Of a stretch of 53,851 bases of DNA, positions 47,492 through 53,851 are shown piece by piece. The DNA lies in NCBI GenBank assembly GCA_964481825.1, contig CAYZUE010000002.1, positions 1-53,851 of the forward strand. Reading direction: 5' to 3'. The notes beneath the pieces are model-generated. The model did no database searches and was not told the origin of the DNA. It was given only the letters and a program-made list of their open reading frames with translations. The position numbers and the translations under genes were made by a program. Numbering within the stretch: the first letter of the stretch is position 1; each line of letters starts with the position of its first letter. The DNA is from Candidatus Hydrothermarchaeota archaeon (GTDB lineage: Archaea; Hydrothermarchaeota; Hydrothermarchaeia; Hydrothermarchaeales; JALUUU01).

Positions 47492-48229
47492 ATGCCCCCT
47501 TTTAAAAATCATCTGGAAACAAGCAAAGAGAGAACCGGTAACGAGCACATTCAAGTTCATGAATGGCTTGATATTAACTTAGAAAAAAAATCTTACAGAC
47601 ACGATCTGTTAAATATATCTGAAAATTACACACATGTGATCAACACTTTTGGATACGAAGGTGGATTGGAATGGTTGCACCATATAACCCAAGATCTAGA
47701 AAAGAAAACAAATGAGATAGAACTCTTAAAAAAAATTGGGGTGCCTCAAAAAGCTATTCAGCATAGCATTAAAGTGGCAGAAAAATCGTTGGAAATTGCA
47801 GCAAGGGTAAAGAAAAAAACTGATATTGAAATAATTCGACAAGGGGGCCTATTCCATGATATAGGTAAATCAAAAACTTTTGATATTGAACACGGTAAAA
47901 TAGGGGCTGAGATAGCTCTGGAACTAGGGATGCCCAAGAATGTTATGTCTATTATAGAAAAGCATATACGAGGAGGTATGAGCAAGGTAGAAGCAGAAGA
48001 ATTAGGACTTCCTATTAAAGATTACCGTCTGAAATCCTTAGAGGAAAAGATAGTAATTTACAGTGATCGGATTGTAGATATAATCCAGGACAATGTGGCT
48101 ACCGATAAAGAAGCAGAATTAAAATTTGAAGAAATACTTGAAAAATACGAAAGGTACGGAAAAACCTCCAAAACAAAAGCAAGATATTTTAATCTTCATA
48201 ATGAGATACAAAACTGGATGAAAATGTGA
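47492..48229 (+). CDS. HD-domain (HDIG-type) phosphohydrolase
   Basis: 245 aa. AIQHSIKVAE...GGLFHDIGK...IEKHIRGG, an HD/HDIG pattern. Confidence 0.7.
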   Translation: MPPFKNHLETSKERTGNEHIQVHEWLDINLEKKSYRHDLLNISENYTHVINTFGYEGGLEWLHHITQDLEKKTNEIELLKKIGVPQKAIQHSIKVAEKSLEIAARVKKKTDIEIIRQGGLFHDIGKSKTFDIEHGKIGAEIALELGMPKNVMSIIEKHIRGGMSKVEAEELGLPIKDYRLKSLEEKIVIYSDRIVDIIQDNVATDKEAELKFEEILEKYERYGKTSKTKARYFNLHNEIQNWMKM

Positions 48230-49419
48230 ATCCTGAAAAAATAATCGATTTCTTTAGCCTTCGCCGGAATGTTGCAGTGGTTTCAGGTGCAGGTTTTCTT
48301 TTATCATTAGGGGAAGAATTGTGGTCAAGATTTCTTCCTAAATATCTTGAAGTACTAGGATCAAGTGTTTTTGTAATAGGACTTTTTGGGTCACTTAAGG
48401 ATTTGTTGGATGCAATTTACCAGTATCCTGGAGGCTGGGCAGCTGATAAATTTGGGAGAAAAAAGTCTTTAGTAGTATTTAGCTTATTAGCATTAATAGG
48501 GTATTGGGTATATCTCCTCTCTCCTTCCTACCCATTTATATTCCTGGGATTGTTTTTTGTAATGGCCTGGAGTAGTCTAGCTCTACCAGCAACCTTTGCG
48601 ATAATAGGGGATTCTCTACCAATTGAAAAAAGAACAATGGGATTCACCGTACAATCGATCTTAAAGAGAGTACCCATCGTTATAGCTCCCCCTCTAGGGG
48701 GATTTATAATTTTTAAATATGGACTTGTAGATGGTTTCAGGATAGGAGTTATTATAACCATAGCATTTGCAATCCTTGCAGTTATTATCCAACGAAATTA
48801 TTATGTAGAAGCTTCCTATAAGACCACAAAAAAAAGCAACTTTTTTAAACAGTATCATGAAATGAACACAAACCTTAAAAGACTCCTTTTGACAGACATT
48901 CTCATAAGATTTTCAGAGGGGATCCCGAAAGTTTTCTTAATCCTTTACATAATAAATGTGTTAGGATTTAATTCCTTACAGTTTGGTTCTTTCATAGCTA
49001 TTCAAATGCTAGTCTCTATTATCATTTATGTACCTGTAGCTAAATTTGCTGATAAAATCGGACGGAAACCATTTATTACTCTTACATTTATTTTTTTTTC
49101 TTTATTTCCTCTAGCAGTTGTCCTTTCAAACAACATTGAATTCTTAGTATTAGCATTTCTTATTGCAGGACTCCGCGAGATAGGGGAACCTGCAAGAAAA
49201 GCCTTGATAGTTGATCTAGCTCCAAAAGAAGCAAGAGGACGACAGGTGGGCGTTTACTATCTGATAAGAAGTTTAGCTGTTTTTCCAGCGTCAATTGTAG
49301 GGGCGTTTCTCTGGACACTCTCACCTCAGCTTCTTTTTTATATATCCTCTGGTATTGGTGTTCTAGGTACAATCATCTTTATTATTACTGTAAAAGAGAA
49401 TTATCTTTTCAGAAAATAA
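48226..49419 (+). CDS. MFS transporter
   Basis: 397 aa, about 12 TM helices. GGWAADKFGRKK loop 2-3 motif. GTG start overlapping the upstream TGA (GTGA). Confidence 0.7.
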   Translation: MNPEKIIDFFSLRRNVAVVSGAGFLLSLGEELWSRFLPKYLEVLGSSVFVIGLFGSLKDLLDAIYQYPGGWAADKFGRKKSLVVFSLLALIGYWVYLLSPSYPFIFLGLFFVMAWSSLALPATFAIIGDSLPIEKRTMGFTVQSILKRVPIVIAPPLGGFIIFKYGLVDGFRIGVIITIAFAILAVIIQRNYYVEASYKTTKKSNFFKQYHEMNTNLKRLLLTDILIRFSEGIPKVFLILYIINVLGFNSLQFGSFIAIQMLVSIIIYVPVAKFADKIGRKPFITLTFIFFSLFPLAVVLSNNIEFLVLAFLIAGLREIGEPARKALIVDLAPKEARGRQVGVYYLIRSLAVFPASIVGAFLWTLSPQLLFYISSGIGVLGTIIFIITVKENYLFRK

Positions 49420-49471
49420 TACAACTCAAAAAAAGACATATTATAAATTTTAGTGATGAAAGAAAGATTAT

Positions 49472-50419
49472 TCACCTTTTATTCTTACTTCCTTTTTGCT
49501 TAGCCTGCTTTGCCATATCACCGACTGTTGTGGCTACAAAGACACGACCTTCAGGGTGATAAATGTTAACTAAGGAATTGTCATCAACAAGTTCTTTCAG
49601 CGATTTAATAGATTCAGGATTGCAAGTAGCACCTAAAGCACAAGCTGAAGTCGCTCTAACTTCTTCCCTAGAATCTTTAAGTAGACCTAGTAAGAGTGGG
49701 ATAGAATCTTGAATTAAGTCTGGGTTGTTAATACCAATCAGGGCAAGAGCATAGGCTGCGTTTTCTTTAAGTATAGGATCATTTTTAAGAAATTCTATAA
49801 GACGAGGGATTATATCTTTTACTAAGTCAATATTTTCTTTTCCTATATGCCCAAGTATGTAAATCGCATTAGTTATTATTACATCATTTTCATAGTCAAG
49901 GGCTTGAATAAAATCTTTTGAATAACTCGTTAATAATGCGGGATTTCCTCTTGCAAATAAAGCCAGAGAGCACGCGGCATTTGCCTTAATGATATCACTA
50001 CCATTCTTAAGATAATAAATGAGTTTGGTAACAGCTTCGCCAACAAGCTCTGGGTGATCCTCACCTATTAACGCTAGCGCATAACTGGCATTACGTCGAA
50101 TATTCAGGTTATTATCATCAAACAGTTTAAAGAATTTGTCGACTCCAGATTGAATAGCATCTGGCATACTATCCCCAAGTGTGGCGAGGGTAGCAACAGC
50201 GGCTGACCTTACACCTTCATCCTCATCCTCTAACAAAGAAAATAGGATATCAACAAATTTTGCTACTAATAATGGATCCTCTTCTCCCAATTTACATAGG
50301 ACATAAATAGCATTTGTTTTGACCTCTGGATTACTTCCTTGTAAAAACTCCCTAAAAAGATGACTATCTTTCTTAGCAACTTCTTCAAGTTTCAAATCAG
50401 AATTTAGATCTGTACTCAT
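49472..50419 (-). CDS. HEAT-repeat (PBS-lyase-like) protein
   Basis: 315 aa. About 8 tandem ~31-38-aa repeats of the pattern ...VRxNAAYALALIG. Confidence 0.7.
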   Translation of the reverse strand: MSTDLNSDLKLEEVAKKDSHLFREFLQGSNPEVKTNAIYVLCKLGEEDPLLVAKFVDILFSLLEDEDEGVRSAAVATLATLGDSMPDAIQSGVDKFFKLFDDNNLNIRRNASYALALIGEDHPELVGEAVTKLIYYLKNGSDIIKANAACSLALFARGNPALLTSYSKDFIQALDYENDVIITNAIYILGHIGKENIDLVKDIIPRLIEFLKNDPILKENAAYALALIGINNPDLIQDSIPLLLGLLKDSREEVRATSACALGATCNPESIKSLKELVDDNSLVNIYHPEGRVFVATTVGDMAKQAKQKGSKNKR

Positions 50420-50640
50420 TGTCTTAATTATAAATGTTCACAACCAAAATAAAACTATAAATTCTGTTTTTTATTAATTAACAGTGGATAATATGATAAA
50501 TTCTATAGAAACAATATTCAGAAAATTCAAATGAAAGAAACAAAACAGAATTATAATATTATTGTACTAAAAGAGATATAATAATCAATAAACTATGGGA
50601 ACAAAAGATATTCATTTAAATATATTAATGTATCCAATTC

Positions 50641-51582
50641 ATGAATGTTAAAATGAACAAGAAAACAATTACAATTATTGGTGCAGGAAATGTAGGAGCA
50701 ACAACTGCACAACTAATTATAGCTAAGAGACTTGCAAATGTAGTAATGGTGGATATCGCTGGTGATTTAGCCAAGGGCAAAGCGTTAGATATTGCAGAAG
50801 CATCTCCACTTGAAGGACTAGATTGCGAAATATCTGGGGGAAAAGATTACAAAATAACCTCTGAATCGGAAATAGGGGTTATAACTGCAGGTTCAGCCAG
50901 GAAACCTGGGATGAGTAGAGAAGACCTATTAAGAATCAATGCATCAGTTATAAAATCCGTAACTAAAGAGTTCATCAAATACTCCCCCAAAGCTAAAATC
51001 ATAGTAGTAACCAATCCATTAGACGCCATGGCCTATGTATCTATGAAGGCTTCAAAGTTACCTCGAAATAGAGTTTTAGGAATGGCTGGTGTTTTAGATT
51101 CCACCAGGCTATCTTTTTTTGTTTCTCAAGAACTTGGAATAAACCCCACTAAAATAAAATCCATTGTACTTGGTAGTCATGGTAACTCAATGGTTCCTTT
51201 AATTAACCATACAACTGTAGATGGAAAAGCAATTACTTCAATTTTATCAAAGGAAAAAATACAGGTATTAATTGATCGTACCAAGAAAGGAGGTATTGAG
51301 ATGGTAAATCTTTTAAAAAATGCAAGTGCTTATTATGCTCCAGCTGCATCTATAACCCGAATGGTAAGGGCTATATTAAAAGATGAGAAAGAAATCCTGC
51401 CTTGTTCAGCATACCTAAAGGGAGAATATGGTATAGAAGGGTGTTTCTTGGGTGTTCCAGTTAAACTTGGATCAAAAGGAATAGAAGAAATTGTAGAGTT
51501 GAAACTAGATGATATCGAACTAAAAATGCTAAATGAATCAGCACAAATTTCAAAGAATCTTATAAAAAAATTGGAGGACTAG
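50641..51582 (+). CDS. mdh: malate dehydrogenase (LDH-like MDH family)
   Basis: 313 aa. IIGAGNVGAT; GSARKPGMSREDLL, with Arg at the substrate-specificity position; GSHGNSMVP. Start may be an internal ATG (MNKKT). Confidence 0.85.
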   Translation: MNVKMNKKTITIIGAGNVGATTAQLIIAKRLANVVMVDIAGDLAKGKALDIAEASPLEGLDCEISGGKDYKITSESEIGVITAGSARKPGMSREDLLRINASVIKSVTKEFIKYSPKAKIIVVTNPLDAMAYVSMKASKLPRNRVLGMAGVLDSTRLSFFVSQELGINPTKIKSIVLGSHGNSMVPLINHTTVDGKAITSILSKEKIQVLIDRTKKGGIEMVNLLKNASAYYAPAASITRMVRAILKDEKEILPCSAYLKGEYGIEGCFLGVPVKLGSKGIEEIVELKLDDIELKMLNESAQISKNLIKKLED

Positions 51583-52955
51583 ATGAGATTTTTTGGATTC
51601 AAAATTTCGTCAGCTTCTGACTTAGATAATATCCCCTTTTCAATCGCTAAATCTTTTATTTTTTTATCAGTGCGATAAGCTTCCTTAGCTAACTCTGTAG
51701 CTTTCGTGTAACCTATTTTAGGACTTAAAGCGGTAACAAGCGCTGTACTCATCTCAGCTAATTCTTTACAATGTTCATCATTGGACTTAATACCCTCTAC
51801 ACATTTTTTAGAAAAAATTCTAATCCCATTTCCAAGAATTTCAATAGAATCGAGGATATTCCATGCTATTACAGGCATATTAACATTTAGCTCCATCTGC
51901 GCCCCTCTACACGCACTCGCAACTGTTGTGTCATTTCCAATTACCTGATGACATATCATGTTCAGCATCTCAGCCATAGATGGATTGATTTTTCCAGGCA
52001 TTATAGAAGAACCTGGTTGAACAGGTGGTAGGGTTATCTCTCCTATCCCTGCTCGCGGACCAGAACTCATAAAAATTAAATCATTTGCAATTTTACCTAA
52101 AACAACAGCAATGTACCGCAACGAACCACTCAATTCAAGAGCTTCAAGAGTATTTTGCCCCATCTCAAAGTAGTTGGCAGTTTGAATAAATTTATGTTTA
52201 GTAATAGAGTTTATCTCAATAATAACAAACTCAGAAAATTGCTTATGAGCATTAATACCTGAACCAACAGCTGTTCCTCCAATATTAAGTTGGTTTAATG
52301 CATCAATAGACTGACTAATTTTATCAATTGATTTGTCTATTGCTGCTTCATAAGCCCCAAATTCTTGCCCAAGAGTGATAGGTACAGCGTCTTGAAGATG
52401 GGTTCTACCAATTTTTACAAAAGTGCTAAATTCAGATTTTTTTATTCCAAGTGCTCTTTGAAGACTTTTAATCGCAGGCAGAAGATTATCCTCAATTGTA
52501 AGAAGTGCTGAAATATTTATTGCTCCGTGGATTGTGTCATTTGTTGATTGTGCCATATTTACATGATCATTAGGATGAACAATTGAATAATCTCCTTTCT
52601 CACCACCTAAAGTTTCAATCGCGCGATTTGCTATAACTTCATTAGCATTCATATTTTGAGAGGTGCCTGCACCCATCTGATAAACATCAAGAACAAAATG
52701 ATCATTAAATTTACCTTGAATGACCTCTTCTGCGGCTTCTACAATAGCATTCCCAATCTCCTTATCTAGAATCTCTAATTTTATATTAGCTAAAGCAGCG
52801 GCTTTTTTGATAATTCCTTGGGATTTTATGAAGCTTGGCTGAAGCCTTCTTCCAGATATAGGGAAATTCTTAATGGCTCGCATAGTTTGAGCACCATAAT
52901 ATGCATTATCAGGAACCATTACATTCCCTAAAGAATCAATTTCTTTTCTAAACAT
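51579..52955 (-). CDS. class II fumarase/aspartase-family lyase, AspA-like motifs
   Basis: 458 aa. GSSIMPGKINP signature. GAGTSQNMNANEVIANRA and NMAQSTND look closer to aspartate ammonia-lyase than to FumC (GSGTQSNMN, NKSQSSND) as I remember them. Confidence 0.8.
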   Translation of the reverse strand: MFRKEIDSLGNVMVPDNAYYGAQTMRAIKNFPISGRRLQPSFIKSQGIIKKAAALANIKLEILDKEIGNAIVEAAEEVIQGKFNDHFVLDVYQMGAGTSQNMNANEVIANRAIETLGGEKGDYSIVHPNDHVNMAQSTNDTIHGAINISALLTIEDNLLPAIKSLQRALGIKKSEFSTFVKIGRTHLQDAVPITLGQEFGAYEAAIDKSIDKISQSIDALNQLNIGGTAVGSGINAHKQFSEFVIIEINSITKHKFIQTANYFEMGQNTLEALELSGSLRYIAVVLGKIANDLIFMSSGPRAGIGEITLPPVQPGSSIMPGKINPSMAEMLNMICHQVIGNDTTVASACRGAQMELNVNMPVIAWNILDSIEILGNGIRIFSKKCVEGIKSNDEHCKELAEMSTALVTALSPKIGYTKATELAKEAYRTDKKIKDLAIEKGILSKSEADEILNPKNLI

Positions 52956-53079
52956 TTTATTAGAAAAAATTGAGTTAATATTATATAAAATTATTTCGCA
53001 ACCTCAAATTAAGAAAAAAACAAATTAATAAATTGTAACAAAATAACTGATTCACCTATAGATGTAGTTAAAAAAAGTA

Positions 53080-53851
53080 TTATTTTAATGTTGATTGCCT
53101 CATTATTTCAACCTCGGTTCGTTGCACAGGGATATGGACTAAGGAAGGAACTCCATTATTTAGAGCCTCCTTTAAAGTTGGATATACATCCCCTGTATTT
53201 GTAATATCAAATGCCTTTAGTCCACTTGCCTCCGCTATTTTGCAGAAATCAGGATTATGCAAGTTTGTTCCGAAAATTTTTTTCCCAGCAATGTTTTGTT
53301 TGGCAGCAACGATTCCAAATGAAGAATTATCAAATACCACAATAGTCATATCTATCTTTTTTTCTACAATAGTTGGAAGATCTGATAAAGACATTTGAAG
53401 TCCACCATCCCCTATAACCGCCACGATTTGTTTTTTAGGGAAAACTATGCTCCCTGCTATTGCAGCAGGAATTGCAAATCCCATAGAAGCCAGCCCTATT
53501 GAAAGAAACAGGGTTCGGTTAGCATGAACATTCCAATAACGAGTCATAAGATATTTTAAGGCTCCTGTGTCAACGCAGATGACAGCATTATCATCAGTTG
53601 CATTACGCAAATCCTCTATTAATTGCTGTGGATTCACGGGAAACTCTTCATATTCTTGATTATTGAAAAGTTCTCTTGTAATCATTTGTTTGTAATTTAC
53701 TATCTCACCCACATTTATTCGCTTAATTGCAAGTTTAGACAACGCATTAAGGATTGCTCCAATATTGCCTAGAACCTCAAAACATGGATTGTATGCCTCA
53801 TCAACATCGGCAGGCAAATTATCTATATGTATAATTTCAGCACCCTTTTTA
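53080..53851 (-). CDS. thiamine-diphosphate enzyme (acetolactate synthase large subunit-like), C-terminal part; gene continues past the right edge
   Basis: TPP motif GDGGLQMSLSDLPT...VVFDNSSFG. The frame stays open from 53817 to 53851 (KKGAEIIHIDNLPADVD, as in the ALS middle/TPP-domain junction). The track start at 53817 is a TTG inside the gene. Confidence 0.75.
   Translation of the reverse strand, partial: KKGAEIIHIDNLPADVDEAYNPCFEVLGNIGAILNALSKLAIKRINVGEIVNYKQMITRELFNNQEYEEFPVNPQQLIEDLRNATDDNAVICVDTGALKYLMTRYWNVHANRTLFLSIGLASMGFAIPAAIAGSIVFPKKQIVAVIGDGGLQMSLSDLPTIVEKKIDMTIVVFDNSSFGIVAAKQNIAGKKIFGTNLHNPDFCKIAEASGLKAFDITNTGDVYPTLKEALNNGVPSLVHIPVQRTEVEIMRQSTLK

Noticed and set aside
49453-49459. 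GTGATGA (C-box-like) in the MFS/HEAT intergenic spacer, a possible C/D sRNA.
   Set aside because: No CTGA D or D' box within the following ~70 nt, and no terminal stem. Most likely a chance match.
50456-50556. 11-nt inverted repeat (aattctgtttt / aaaacagaatt) and a repeated ataaattct in the HEAT/mdh divergent promoter region. Possible operator sites.
   Set aside because: Short AT-rich matches of this size are expected by chance in ~30% G+C DNA. There is no supporting symmetry with TATA elements.
1-53851. CRISPR arrays, toxin-antitoxin pairs, restriction-modification or other defence islands, prophage or transposon genes.
   Set aside because: Scanning both strands, I saw no short regularly spaced repeats and no nuclease/methylase/ATPase combinations typical of defence systems. 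The only sizeable repeats are the intragenic S-layer block, the nfu promoter duplication and the 45-nt zinc-finger block.

Overview
AT-rich archaeal chromosomal window (about one-third G+C by eye, not computed). It is densely coding on both strands: about 60 protein genes plus one intron-containing tRNA-Trp. I saw no CRISPR array, transposase, integrase or rRNA.

Three themes:
1. A large cell-envelope and N-glycosylation region. It holds two DegT-type aminotransferases with an epimerase, WecB, an AglH-like HexNAc-1-P transferase, a DUF354-like protein, a GT4, two small GT-A paralogs, two Wzy-like polytopic membrane paralogs, a beta-propeller lipoprotein, AglB/STT3 with a WWDYG motif, and a highly expressed-looking S-layer protein gene. 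WecC lies further right.
2. Information processing and biosynthesis: Pth2, TruD, NucS, FEN-1, aEF-1beta plus a Zn-ribbon, CarS, PyrE, PurD, ArgF, GGR, and GrpE-DnaK-DnaJ.
3. C1 and central metabolism: CODH/ACS CdhA-CdhB, an MfnD/MfnF-like pair, Mdh, an AspA/FumC-family lyase, and a TPP enzyme cut by the right edge. This fits a methanogen-like or Wood-Ljungdahl archaeon, but I cannot name the taxon from sequence alone.

I did not recognise a defence or mobile system. The most unusual observations are:
- a 632-bp perfectly identical block present twice (period 1062 bp) inside the S-layer gene, embedded in an older, diverged duplication;
- two tandem mini-proteins made only of four DnaJ-type CxxCxGxG zinc-finger repeats, sharing a 45-nt near-identical block;
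- a DUF2284-like Cys-rich gene bracketed by ~117-bp direct repeats that copy the promoter and 5' end of the neighbouring Nfu-like gene;
- a membrane protein with extracellular CWB2-like repeats and a cytoplasmic winged-helix domain;
- a wecC gene directly abutting an ATP-grasp/hydantoinase-like pair;
- two polymerase-like paralogs in the AglB locus.

All family names come from motif recognition by eye and need HMM or BLAST confirmation.
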